From contig CAVZQN010000004.1 in NCBI GenBank assembly GCA_963777505.1, positions 1,088,001 to 1,152,000 on the forward strand: a stretch of DNA of 64,000 nt. Direction: 5' to 3'. Shown here piece by piece: positions 19,688 through 30,660 of this stretch; the stretch's first letter is position 1, and each line of letters begins with the position of its first letter. A program made the position numbers and the translations under genes. Below the pieces are notes generated by a model. The model was not told the DNA's origin and made no database searches. It worked only from the letters and a program-made list of their open reading frames with translations. This DNA comes from an uncultured bacterium. GTDB taxonomy: Bacteria; Acidobacteriota; HRBIN11; JAKEFK01.

Positions 19688-21499
19688 ATGAAAGCTGATT
19701 TGAGGAAAGAGGTGGCGCCTCGACCTGCGCCAAAAAAAATTCAAAAAGTTCACGCTGCCAGCGCGGCAGAAATGGGTGCTCGCCAGCGCGAGATATCGGT
19801 ATCAGAATTTTTCACGAAGAATCGTCATCTTCTTGGTTTTGATAATCCACGTAAAGCTCTACTGACGTGTGTAAAAGAAGCTGTCGATAATTCGCTTGAT
19901 GCTTGTGAAGAAGCTCACATACTTCCTGAAGTTCACGTCCGGATTGATGTGGTTGCTGTCAATGGCACTGTTTTGCCGCCTTCTCAAGCGACTCGTTTCC
20001 GTCTCACCATAACGGACAATGGACCTGGCATCGTGAAGGAACAAATACCCAAGATATTTGCAAAGCTTCTTTACGGTTCCAAGTTCCATCGATTGAGAAT
20101 GAGCCGGGGTCAGCAAGGAATCGGGATTTCAGCAGCCGGGATGTATGGTCAGTTAACAACAGGGAAACCTGTTCGTATTATTTCGCGAACGAGCGATCGG
20201 AAGCCTGCTAACTTTTTCGAAATTCAGATTGATACAAAAAAGAATGAACCGATCATTCACAAGCGCACAGAAATGGATTGGCATCATGCGCGTGGAACAG
20301 AAGTCAGTATTGAACTTGAGGGTCGATATCAAAAAGGACGCGCTTCTGTGGATGAATATTTGGAATTAACAAGTATTTCCAACCCGCATGCAACGCTTTC
20401 TTATCAATCACCGGAAGGTCAAATCATTCAATATCCAAGAACGTTTCATGAATTGCCGCCGCCAACAAGGGAAATTAAACCGCATCCTTACGGCATTGAG
20501 CTTGGAATTTTGTTGAAGATGCTTCATGACACAAAAAGCCATTGGATTTCCGGGTTTTTAACAAGCGATTTTTCGCGAGTCTCACCGCGTACGGCCGGAG
20601 AGATTTGTCAAAAAGCAGGAGTGGATCCGCGTTCACATCCAAGAAAAATTGCACGCGATCAGGCGGAAAAGTTATATCAAGCCATTCAGAATACGAAAAT
20701 TATGGCGCCGCCTACAGATTGTATTTCGCCGATCGGAGAAAAAGCGATTCTTGCAGGATTGTACAAACAAATTCGTGGAGATTTTTATACGGCTGCGACT
20801 CGTCCACCTGCGGTGTATCGCGGAAATCCTTTCGTGATTGAAGTTGGACTTGCCTATGGAACAGGAGATGGATCGACTTCGCTTGAACGTAAAGCGCAGG
20901 CTCTTGCAGAAGGTGAATCCAATGACGAAGACACTGAACAAGCACGTGTGCTCCGTTATGCGAATCGCGTTCCATTGGTGTATCAACAATCGGGATGTTC
21001 TGCGTATAAGTCTGTTATTGATACAGCCTGGAAAAATTATGGCGTACCACAATCACGCGGGGCATTGCCGCAGGGTCCAATTGTGGTCTTCATCCATATG
21101 GCATCCGTATGGGTTCCCTTTACAAGTGAATCAAAAGAAGCAATAGCTGATTATGATGAAATCCGGAAAGAAATGAAGCTTGCGTTGCAGGAATGCGGAC
21201 GCCGGCTGGGTACATATCTACGGCGGCGCGAACATGCAAAAAGCGAATTTAACAGGCGGAATATTTTTGCGCTATATATCGAAGAAGTTGCAGAAGCCTG
21301 CGGACGACTGAAACCAAAGAAGCTTGATATTGAAAAGTTAAAGAAACAACTCTTAAAGATTGCTATCAATAAAACCGGCGGACTAAAAACGGATGAACTA
21401 TTAGGTAAGAAGAAAAAAGATTTACCTGAAGACTTGCCGCATTCGATTATCGTTACGCCTGACGGTGTAGAGGGAGAGGTTCCGGAGAGCGATGAGTGA
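19688..21499 (+). CDS. top6B: DNA topoisomerase VI subunit B
   Basis: ISVSEFF, EAVDNSLDA, DNGPG, LYGSKFH, SRGQQGIGIS (GHKL), RYANRVPL, VPFTSESKEAIA. Confidence 0.95.
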   Translation: MKADLRKEVAPRPAPKKIQKVHAASAAEMGARQREISVSEFFTKNRHLLGFDNPRKALLTCVKEAVDNSLDACEEAHILPEVHVRIDVVAVNGTVLPPSQATRFRLTITDNGPGIVKEQIPKIFAKLLYGSKFHRLRMSRGQQGIGISAAGMYGQLTTGKPVRIISRTSDRKPANFFEIQIDTKKNEPIIHKRTEMDWHHARGTEVSIELEGRYQKGRASVDEYLELTSISNPHATLSYQSPEGQIIQYPRTFHELPPPTREIKPHPYGIELGILLKMLHDTKSHWISGFLTSDFSRVSPRTAGEICQKAGVDPRSHPRKIARDQAEKLYQAIQNTKIMAPPTDCISPIGEKAILAGLYKQIRGDFYTAATRPPAVYRGNPFVIEVGLAYGTGDGSTSLERKAQALAEGESNDEDTEQARVLRYANRVPLVYQQSGCSAYKSVIDTAWKNYGVPQSRGALPQGPIVVFIHMASVWVPFTSESKEAIADYDEIRKEMKLALQECGRRLGTYLRRREHAKSEFNRRNIFALYIEEVAEACGRLKPKKLDIEKLKKQLLKIAINKTGGLKTDELLGKKKKDLPEDLPHSIIVTPDGVEGEVPESDE

Positions 21500-21532
21500 T
21501 GCGGGATGCGGGATGTGAGATGAGAGATGAGT
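21491..21532. repeat. Six GATGnnn heptamers spanning the top6B stop and top6A start
   Basis: GATGAGT GATGCGG GATGCGG GATGTGA GATGAGA GATGAGT. Confidence 0.7.
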
Positions 21533-22651
21533 AAAAATATGAAGACGAAAACGACTGTCAAGAAAGTAAAAAAGGATGTAGAAGGACGGCTCATTTCAGT
21601 AGCCGATGAAGTTGTTTCTGCTGCAAAATCAAATCGAAGTCCTGCGATTCAAATTCCAAGTCGTACATTGTCGAATGTGAACTACAACTCCAAACGCGGC
21701 ATTATCGAAATGGGAAAAGGGAAGCAGGAGCGTTTATTTTTCAACACAGGCATGGCAAAAAAGTTCATGCAAACGGTTCTGGTTGCGGATGCTCTTGCAG
21801 AATTACAGAGACAGGATCTAACGACTTCACTTCGCGAAATTTATTATCGTACAAAACACACGATCAAAGATTCACATGAAAATACATTCGATTCGCAGGG
21901 AGAATCGGATCCGATTATTGAAGATCTTGAGGTAGCTCTAGATTCTTTACGCGAGGAATTGCATGTTCGCGCTGAAAATACAGGAACCGTCGTTGGTCCA
22001 CTCGTTATGGTGGATGATGGCGATACGATTGACTGTACCCGATTAGGCAAAGGCGGATATTCGGTTCCTTCCATCGTTGAACCTGAATACATTCAGATTA
22101 AGAAATGCACAGCGGATTTTGTTTTGCTTGTAGAAAAAGGCACTCAGTGGAACCGTCTATCGGAAGATAAATTCTGGAAAAAACATAATTGCATTTTGTT
22201 AACTGGAAACGGACAACCCCCGCGAGGTGTCCGCAGACTTTCGCGCCGTTTGAATGAGGAATACAAGCTTCCCGTCTATGTGCTTGTTGATAATGATCCA
22301 TGGGGCTATTACATTTTTTCAGTTGTTAAACAAGGTTCCATCAGCCTTGCATATGAATCGCAACGGATGGCTGTGCCTGATGCAAAATTCCTGGGTCTCT
22401 CCAGCGGCGATGCTGAGGAACATGGTCTGCCGAGAAATGTTGGTATCAAGTTGAACGACAAAGATATCGCGCGCGCAAAAGAAATTCTGAACTATCCATG
22501 GTTTCAAAAGAAGCATTGGCAATCTGAAATCAAGCAAATGCTTGCTTCAGGTTTGAAATATGAATTGGATGCGCTTGCGAATAAAAACTTTCGCTATCTC
22601 ACCACAGATTACTTGCCGAAAAAACTGAAAAGCAAAAAGTGGTTGGATTAA
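21527..22651 (+). CDS. top6A: DNA topoisomerase VI subunit A (Spo11 family)
   Basis: SLREIYY catalytic Tyr region; TOPRIM LLVEKG, GNGQP, DNDPWG, YELDAL. Confidence 0.95.
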   Translation: MSKNMKTKTTVKKVKKDVEGRLISVADEVVSAAKSNRSPAIQIPSRTLSNVNYNSKRGIIEMGKGKQERLFFNTGMAKKFMQTVLVADALAELQRQDLTTSLREIYYRTKHTIKDSHENTFDSQGESDPIIEDLEVALDSLREELHVRAENTGTVVGPLVMVDDGDTIDCTRLGKGGYSVPSIVEPEYIQIKKCTADFVLLVEKGTQWNRLSEDKFWKKHNCILLTGNGQPPRGVRRLSRRLNEEYKLPVYVLVDNDPWGYYIFSVVKQGSISLAYESQRMAVPDAKFLGLSSGDAEEHGLPRNVGIKLNDKDIARAKEILNYPWFQKKHWQSEIKQMLASGLKYELDALANKNFRYLTTDYLPKKLKSKKWLD

Positions 22652-22675
22652 GCTTTGACGTCTCTGCGGTAAAAT

Positions 22676-24331
22676 CTACATCGTTGAAGAAGTCAGTTTA
22701 ACGTCGGCGCCAGCCCACGCTTTTTCGAAATCACTTGCGACTGTTGCTGCTTCTTTTGTTTTGCCTTGCGCTTCCAGACTCTGACGTAACCCGATCAGCG
22801 ACCAACCATTCTTTGGAAATTTGGTGAGTTCATCCCGATACACTTTCTCTGCTTCAACAGGCTTTTTCGCTTTTAACAAGATTGCGCCAAGATAATGTCG
22901 TGTTGGATTGTTCCATGGCGGCGGCTCGTCATACGTTAAATTATCTTCAACCTGAACCGCCTCATTGAGATGCTTCAACGCCGCATTCAAATCACCGGAT
23001 GCGCCTGCAACTTCTCCTGCAAGATGAGCTCGAGCAATATGCATCAGATCAACCGTACTGTTGATATCAAACAAAGTCACTTCTTTTAGAACAGGATTTG
23101 CGGCAATTTCAGTTACGGCTTGAAGTTCTTTTTTTGCTTCCTCCAACTTCCCTGTACGGACATACGCAATGCCTCGCGCATAATGATAGACACCGTTTGG
23201 ATAAACTAAAGCTTTGTCTGGGGCCGGTGTTTTGAGAATTTCATTCCATTTTCCAAATCGGATCATCACATAGGTTGGAATCATATGAAAATGTTGAAGG
23301 ACGCCATTACCCTTTTCACGCATTAACTTGGGATCTACTTTTGATCGAGTATTGTTTGCAGCCTCCATCGCAAGTTTGCTATTTCCTTCAAGAGTTGCAC
23401 TGGAGGATAAAAAATGATGGTTATGAGGAACATAAGCCGCAGAATATGGACCCGGCGCATGACATCCGGCTAGATATTCGTTATCCGAGTTGATTGCTTT
23501 TTCATTTGCTGCGGATGCTTTCCGATAATTTCCAGTACGGATGTAAATATGAGCCGGCATATGAACTAAATGTCCTGCAGCTGGTACCAAAACGTTGAGA
23601 CGCTCTGCCATGGGCAATCCTCTTTCAGGATCTTTGGATGCTTCAACAGCGTGAATGAAAAAGTGATTGGCTCCCGGATGGTTTTGATTCCGTTTCATGA
23701 CGGATTCCAGTGTGGAAACAATCTCAGCGGTCCAGGGTTGAGGTGCCCGAGTATCTTTCGTGTAGTAATCCCAGGGATGAACATCCATTAAAGCTTCTGC
23801 AAACAAGGTTGCAGCATCAAGATCATCTGGATATTTCTTCGCAACATCCCGCATCGCATTTGCATATGCGACATTTAATGAAGTGCGATCATCGACAGGT
23901 GTGGATGCATATCTTGTTGCAAGCGCTTTTATATACGCTTGTTCTTTTTCGCTTGCTTTGTTCATCAAAGAAATGGCTTTTTGTATCGCCGCATATGCTG
24001 GAGAAACTGCTTCGTCGTTCATTGCCATGTTGATATTAGGACCTTGTACAAGCGCGATGCCCCAATAACACATTGCACAACTGGGATCGAGGCGGGCTGC
24101 TTCACGAAACGAACGTTCGGCTTCAGCATGATTAAAAGCGTATGAAAGTGTAAAGCCTTGATCAAAAAACTTTTGGGCTTGTGGAACGTTGGTCGAAATT
24201 TTATGGTGATACGAACCGAGTCCTTCCATTAGAGTGGCCGGACCTATTTCCTGAGCAAAGACAATTCCAGATAATAGTACTATAACTATAGTACTATAAC
24301 AAATAAGACTTGCGCCATTCAGTTTTCTCAT
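22676..24331 (-). CDS. Secreted TPR-repeat protein (His-rich GHLVHMPAH family)
   Basis: Signal peptide; AFNHAEA, GPNIN, HPGANHFFIH, HMPAHIY, YDEPPPW. Confidence 0.8.
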   Translation of the reverse strand: MRKLNGASLICYSTIVIVLLSGIVFAQEIGPATLMEGLGSYHHKISTNVPQAQKFFDQGFTLSYAFNHAEAERSFREAARLDPSCAMCYWGIALVQGPNINMAMNDEAVSPAYAAIQKAISLMNKASEKEQAYIKALATRYASTPVDDRTSLNVAYANAMRDVAKKYPDDLDAATLFAEALMDVHPWDYYTKDTRAPQPWTAEIVSTLESVMKRNQNHPGANHFFIHAVEASKDPERGLPMAERLNVLVPAAGHLVHMPAHIYIRTGNYRKASAANEKAINSDNEYLAGCHAPGPYSAAYVPHNHHFLSSSATLEGNSKLAMEAANNTRSKVDPKLMREKGNGVLQHFHMIPTYVMIRFGKWNEILKTPAPDKALVYPNGVYHYARGIAYVRTGKLEEAKKELQAVTEIAANPVLKEVTLFDINSTVDLMHIARAHLAGEVAGASGDLNAALKHLNEAVQVEDNLTYDEPPPWNNPTRHYLGAILLKAKKPVEAEKVYRDELTKFPKNGWSLIGLRQSLEAQGKTKEAATVASDFEKAWAGADVKLTSSTM

Positions 24332-24348
24332 TGAATCCTCATACGATG

Positions 24349-24769
24349 TTATTCCTTAGGTTTGCGGGGAAAAAACAAATATGTAAAAAGTCCTTTTGCT
24401 ACAAGTCGTTCGCCCTGAGTTACCTCCACATCACAGACGCCAATTTTCTTGCCTTTTCTCACAACTGAAGAGCGAGCCGTTAAAGTTCCTCCATCACCAA
24501 GAGCTGGCGATAAGAAATTCAATTTGAATTCAATGCTTGTCATTGTCACATCCGCAGGAAGATCAGGATGAAATGTGTAAACTGCGGCAGTATCTGCGAG
24601 AGCTGCAACGATTGCTCCATGAATGATACCTTCTTCCTGCAAAAGCTCGGCTTTAGGATCCATTGAAATGCATCGCGGATTCGGCCGATCGTGAAATTAG
24701 TTTGAATCCTAAATGACTATTGATCGGAACTTTGTTAAATGATTCAAGTAGTTGTGCTTTTACACTCAT
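24349..24769 (-). CDS. PaaI family hotdog thioesterase (frameshift near 24671)
   Basis: IHGAIVAALADTA, SIEFKLNFLSP; N-terminal part MSVKAQLLESFNKVPINSHLGF lies in another frame from ATG 24769. Confidence 0.8.
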
Positions 24770-24798
24770 AAACTTGAATTTACCGCAGAGACGCGGAG

Positions 24799-25155
24799 CT
24801 ACATATTGATGACTTGTTCGATTTTGCGGACGAGTTCATTGATGGAGAAAGGTTTTAGAACATAATGCTGCGGTTTTCCAGGCACATCGGATTCACGATA
24901 GGTTAGATAAATAACTGTAATCAGAGCTGGATTTTGTGCCGCAAGAGCCTCAGCGGTTTCTGATGGATTCATTGTGCCTTTCAAATAAGTATCCAACAAA
25001 ACAACTTCCGGTGGATTTGCTCCAGATAATCGCAGCGCTTCTGCGCCGGTTTCTGCAACTCCAGTTACTGTAAGTCCCGCAGCGCGAAGTTTGTTAAGCA
25101 GTTCACCAGTCAGAGTACCAATTTCTTGAACCAGCAAAACCTTAGTCCCCGGCAC
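24799..25155 (-). CDS. Atypical stand-alone response regulator receiver
   Basis: VLLVQE (acidic pair degenerate), VLLD, YLT, KPF. Confidence 0.75.
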   Translation of the reverse strand: MPGTKVLLVQEIGTLTGELLNKLRAAGLTVTGVAETGAEALRLSGANPPEVVLLDTYLKGTMNPSETAEALAAQNPALITVIYLTYRESDVPGKPQHYVLKPFSINELVRKIEQVINM

Positions 25156-25265
25156 GCTCTTATTGGCCTCCTTGACCTCGCTTCATTTAAAAAATTATCG
25201 TATGACAACGACTTTCCGTTATTCTAACGGAAAAAGTACGAATGTAATAGTGATAGAATCAAGTT

Positions 25266-25625
25266 ATGGTGAACCTGATTTTACGTTTGATCGTAACAAT
25301 TCTCGCGCTTCTACTTACCGACTTTTTTCTAGCCAATTTCAGTCTTCATGGCAGTTGGGTTCAGATTGGCATTTTTGCGATTGTTTTAGGTTTATCGAAT
25401 TGGCTAATTAAACCGATCCTTGTCTTCTTTTCCTTCCCTTTGATTATACTAACAATTGGCCTTTTGTATTTTGTCATTAATGCACTGGTTTTGTACATTG
25501 CTACATTGATCATGCCCGGTGTTCTTACGGCCACACTTCCGGGAATTCTGTTTGGCAGTATTTTAATTTCATTTTTTCACTGGCTTATTTCATATGTCTT
25601 CCGGATCAAGAAGGACGAAGACTAA
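25266..25625 (+). CDS. YvlD/phage holin superfamily IV membrane protein
   Basis: NWLIKPIL..FPLIILTIGL..FVINA motif; 4 TM. Confidence 0.85.
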   Translation: MVNLILRLIVTILALLLTDFFLANFSLHGSWVQIGIFAIVLGLSNWLIKPILVFFSFPLIILTIGLLYFVINALVLYIATLIMPGVLTATLPGILFGSILISFFHWLISYVFRIKKDED

Positions 25626-25639
25626 CCATCTCGCATCGC

Positions 25640-26071
25640 CTAAAACTCTTCCTTTCCTGTTCCTAATGCAATAGAAGTATGTGTCTCTTTGATTGCCTTA
25701 TGGCTCAACAATTTTTTGATTTGACGATTCATTATGTCTGTATCTTTGAATTTTCCAATAACGAGTAAATCGAAGCCACCGGTAATTTCATAAACATGCG
25801 TTAGTTGGGGATCCGCCATTAAATCTTTCATTAAGGATGGAATTTTTCCGCCAACTGCTTTTATTAAAGTAATTGCAGTTATTCCAAATCCTAATTTTTG
25901 ATAATCCAATAATGGACGAAATCCTCGAATCATTCCGGACTTTTGCATTGCATGAATCCGTCCAGCTACCGTTGTTGTTGAAATTCCAAGATGTTTTCCA
26001 ATCTGACGCGCTGATGCACGTGCATCTTTCTTCAATTCAGCGATGATTTTCAAATCTAAATCTTTGTACAC
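25640..26071 (-). CDS. Lrp/AsnC family transcriptional regulator
   Basis: LDLKII..DARAS HTH; DYQKLG linker; VYEITGGFD RAM domain; GTG start with SD GAGGAG. Confidence 0.9.
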   Translation of the reverse strand: MYKDLDLKIIAELKKDARASARQIGKHLGISTTTVAGRIHAMQKSGMIRGFRPLLDYQKLGFGITAITLIKAVGGKIPSLMKDLMADPQLTHVYEITGGFDLLVIGKFKDTDIMNRQIKKLLSHKAIKETHTSIALGTGKEEF

Positions 26072-26189
26072 TATTTCTCCTCAATTCGACCAAGATTCGA
26101 ACATAATATCAATTATTATCATAATAACTGGATGAACGTCAACATTATAGAGAATAAGCATTCATATGAAGATATTTATTGGAATTCTA

Positions 26190-26219
26190 TTGACAAATGA
26201 CCACGTACGAACATAAAGT
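26190..26219 (+). promoter_or_regulatory. Sigma70-like promoter with no downstream + strand CDS
   Basis: TTGACA-N18-TAAAGT, divergent from lrp. Confidence 0.5.
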
Positions 26220-26369
26220 TAACGTAGATTCGTTAAACGAGGTCAGGTTGCTACGTTCTTAGACTGATGAAAACGGATCGAAGCAATCCATGACTTAGAG
26301 CAAGCCGGGGCGGACTTCCGTTCGCCCCATCATTCTAAGGAAATTCAGTTGGGTGAAGGTCAGCCAATA

Positions 26370-26993
26370 TTATTTTTTCAACAACTTATACGCCATTTCA
26401 GGGCCCATTCCCTGCGCATATGCGAGCTGGACGAAAAGTTCAGCCATCGGCTCAAGATAGCGCGCATTTTTCAAAGGTCCTGAGTCTACTGCTTCAAATG
26501 CCAGATCTGTAATTAATTTTGCAACAATTCTCTTTGCTTCAGGATCATCCCCGCAATAAAAAACTGTGGCAGGGACGGAATTAAAGACAGGTTTCGAAAG
26601 CGTTGCCGAAGACACAGCATTAAAGGCTTTCACAACACGTGCATCAGGTACCATTTTGGCGATTTCTTCACCGGCGGATGTACTAAAGCCAATAACAAGC
26701 TCCAAATAATTTTCTGTTAATGGATTTGTACAATCAATCAAGATTTTTCCTGTTAACGGTCCTGCCATACGTAATGCATTTTCAACTCCATCCCAAGGCA
26801 CAGCCAGCAGAACTACCTCACCGAAACGTGCAGCATCCGCGATCGAACCTGAACTGATATTGACATTAATTCCTGCCATAGTCCGCACGCTTTCTGGATT
26901 TCTGGAGCCGAAAGTTATCTTATGGCCTCTGGATGCCCATAATCTTCCAAGACCATCCCCCATATTTCCTGTACCAATTACGCCGATTTTCAT
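26370..26993 (-). CDS. NADPH-dependent F420 reductase-like oxidoreductase (F420_oxidored family)
   Basis: IGTGNMG, GSR, LAVPW, DCTNP, VVKAFN, GDD, ARYLEP. Confidence 0.88.
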   Translation of the reverse strand: MKIGVIGTGNMGDGLGRLWASRGHKITFGSRNPESVRTMAGINVNISSGSIADAARFGEVVLLAVPWDGVENALRMAGPLTGKILIDCTNPLTENYLELVIGFSTSAGEEIAKMVPDARVVKAFNAVSSATLSKPVFNSVPATVFYCGDDPEAKRIVAKLITDLAFEAVDSGPLKNARYLEPMAELFVQLAYAQGMGPEMAYKLLKK

Positions 26994-27008
26994 GACCCAC
27001 CAAAAAGG

Positions 27009-27045
27009 ATTTTAGATTTGAGATTTCAGGTTTCAGATTTAGAAT
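27009..27045. repeat. GATTTnn heptamer tandem array
   Basis: GATTTTA GATTTGA GATTTCA GGTTTCA GATTTAG; further degenerate heptamers extend to ~27135. Confidence 0.6.
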
Positions 27046-27150
27046 AAAAACGTAAAACGTAATGCGCAGGAGTTGTTTACGTTTTTCGGATTCCGGTTTT
27101 TTATCATATTTCATAAAGCGCAAATCACAAATTGGTGAAGTGGAGGCAAA

Positions 27151-28848
27151 ATGCAGAAAGCATGGATTGCATGCTGTTTCGCAATTGGGATCCTTGTGTT
27201 GTTTAGTAATTTGAGTACAGCGGATGACGCTGGACAATATGACGTTGTCCTTCGAAATGGTGTCATTTATGACGGTGGAGGAAAGGCGCCATTCAAAGGT
27301 GATGTCGCAATAAAAGGCGATCGAATTGCGGCTGTAGGGAACATCGGGAAGATGAAAGGCAAGACGGAAGTCGATGTGGCGGGACTAGCTGTAGCGCCTG
27401 GGTTCATAAACATGTTGAGCTGGGCTGTGGAAAGTTTGATTGTTGATGGCACATCGCTAGGGGACATTCGTCAAGGTGTAACTCTCGAAGTATTTGGTGA
27501 AGGTTCTTCGATGGGGCCTTTGAATGAAAGCATGAGAAAAGAACTCATAGAAAGCCAATCCGATCTTAAATATGACGTTAAATGGACGTCATTTGGAGAA
27601 TACCTGGAATTTTTAGAAAAGAATGGAGTCTCGCCTAATGTTGCCTCTTTTCTCGGTGCAGCAACCGCTCGCATTTATGTTCTCGGTTATGAAGATCGCG
27701 CACCCAATGCTGAAGAGCTTCAAAAAATGAGAACGCTTGTAAAAGATGCGATGGAAGAAGGTGCAATGGGAATCGGGTCTTCATTGATTTATGCTCCGGG
27801 ATTCTATGCAAAAACTGAAGAGTTGATTGAGATGTGCAAAGTCGCCTCACAATATGGCGGCATGTATATCTCACATATGCGGAGTGAAGGGAATTCGCTT
27901 GTCGAAGCAGTAGACGAGCTCATTCGAATATCTCGCGAAGCTAAGCTGCCCGCGGAAATTTATCACTTGAAGGCCGGAGGAACAGTAAACTGGAAAAAGA
28001 TGGATGAAGTTATCCGCAAAGTAGAAGCTGCACAAAAAGAAGGATTAAAAATAACGGCAGACATGTATATGTATCCGGCTGGTGCAACAGGATTGGATGC
28101 GTCAATGCCGCCATGGGTTCAAGAAGGTGGATTTAAAGAGTGGCGAGAAAGACTGATGAAGCCTGAAATCCGCGCCCGCGTGATGAAAGAAATGTCTGAG
28201 CCAACGAATGAATGGGAAAACTTATATTTCCTGGCCGGTTCGCCTGATCGGATCGTGCTTGCAGGTTTTCGTAAAGATGAATTGAAACCACTTACCGGAA
28301 AGACTCTGGCAGAAGTTGCAAAGATGCGTGGAAAATCGCCGCAAGAAACTGCAATGGATCTGGTGATTGAAGATGAAAGCCGTGTCGGGACTATTTATTT
28401 CCTGATGTCTGAAGAAAACATTCGAAAACAAGCAGGTTTGCCATGGGTTAGCTTTGGTTCAGATGAAGGTTCCTACCGTCCGGAAGGAGTTTTTCTGAAG
28501 TTCAATGCACATCCACGCGCATACGGAAATTTTGCGCGCTTGCTTGGCAAATATGTGCGTGAAGAAAAAGCTTTAACATTAGAAGAGGCTGTTCGGCGGT
28601 TAACTTCATTTCCGGCAGGAAACTTGAAAATAAATGATCGTGGTTCATTGAAGTCAGGGAATTTTGCAGATGTTGTTGTTTTTGATCCTGCAAAAGTTGC
28701 CGATCATGCAACTTTTGAAAAGCCGCATCAGCTTGCTACCGGTGTAATTCATGTATTTGTGAATGGCGTTCAAGTATTAAAGGATCAAGAACACACAGGC
28801 GCCAAGCCAGGAAGATTTGTTCGCGGTCCCGGCTACAAACAAAAATGA
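27151..28848 (+). CDS. Secreted N-acyl-D-amino-acid deacylase (amidohydrolase)
   Basis: APGFINM, SHMRSEG, IYHLK, GSD, HPRAYGNF, ADVVVFDP; signal peptide. Confidence 0.9.
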   Translation: MQKAWIACCFAIGILVLFSNLSTADDAGQYDVVLRNGVIYDGGGKAPFKGDVAIKGDRIAAVGNIGKMKGKTEVDVAGLAVAPGFINMLSWAVESLIVDGTSLGDIRQGVTLEVFGEGSSMGPLNESMRKELIESQSDLKYDVKWTSFGEYLEFLEKNGVSPNVASFLGAATARIYVLGYEDRAPNAEELQKMRTLVKDAMEEGAMGIGSSLIYAPGFYAKTEELIEMCKVASQYGGMYISHMRSEGNSLVEAVDELIRISREAKLPAEIYHLKAGGTVNWKKMDEVIRKVEAAQKEGLKITADMYMYPAGATGLDASMPPWVQEGGFKEWRERLMKPEIRARVMKEMSEPTNEWENLYFLAGSPDRIVLAGFRKDELKPLTGKTLAEVAKMRGKSPQETAMDLVIEDESRVGTIYFLMSEENIRKQAGLPWVSFGSDEGSYRPEGVFLKFNAHPRAYGNFARLLGKYVREEKALTLEEAVRRLTSFPAGNLKINDRGSLKSGNFADVVVFDPAKVADHATFEKPHQLATGVIHVFVNGVQVLKDQEHTGAKPGRFVRGPGYKQK

Positions 28849-29476
28849 TCTGAGTTGCGGTTTCTGCGGTTCACGTTAAAAAGGAAAATCAGACTAGCAA
28901 TAATCCACCAGATTCCTACCAAACGGAATACGTGAAGTGTGTTTTGAATTCCTAGCAAAAAGAGGTTGTGAATCGGAAAGGGAAAGTTTGGTGAATCTGT
29001 CTCTTTACCAATCCGCCACAGGAAAGAAATACTGACAACTGTGCATGCGATAAAAAACTGAAATATGAACTGGTTCCACTCCCTTGGAAAGTGGAACACT
29101 TTGATTGCATCCAAAATCATTGTCAGAACATACCAGGCCAACGGTATGAATATTCCAATTCGCAAGATCATTGCGTAATGCGAGCAAAAATCAAAAAATC
29201 TTTTTGCGCGATTGATGCAAAGTTCCTGACAGAATTCAAATTCAATCGGCTTGCCGCATTCTACGGATTGAGCGACACGCGGACGTGAAGTCCTTCCACA
29301 CCATAAGCAGCGGAATTTTCGAAAGCGATTCATAAATGGAATTGCCACAAAGCGATGTGAAATCATAATCGCTATTGCGGCTCCAAAACTGGGAATGATA
29401 CCAAAGGGATATCTTAGAAAAAGAAATAAAACGAGCGGGATGAAGACGAACAGAAGAATGCCACTGAGATGTATCA

Positions 29477-29477
<1 letters not shown>
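28833..29477 (-). CDS. Membrane protein with internal CxxC...FCxxxC motif
   Basis: TM helices flank CLWC..FCQELC; GTG start overlaps the pta stop (start inferred). Confidence 0.65.
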
Positions 29478-30494
<1,017 letters not shown>

Positions 30495-30660
30495 GACAGA
30501 TCGACCATAGTACCACGAATAATAGGGTGGGTTTAGCCCCGGCCGGCCAGATAGCTGGAGGACTTTATCGGCGAGTCTTAAGCACATCTCAACGTATTAT
30601 TTGTCGGTCACTTCGAACTCCAATATAATGGGGGCATTCAAAGAGAGGTAAAGGTCAAAC

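Noticed and set aside
25266-25625. Phage holin annotation as evidence for a prophage
   Set aside because: YvlD-type proteins are common chromosomal genes and no other phage genes are present.
26262-26292. CTGATGA suggesting a hammerhead ribozyme core
   Set aside because: No stem II followed by GAAA and no stem III/UH cleavage site.
30520-30590. GC-rich hairpins upstream of pta, considered as a riboswitch or HDV-like ribozyme
   Set aside because: I could not build the HDV nested pseudoknot or match a riboswitch consensus; the segment reads better as degenerate GTAG-type REP remnants.
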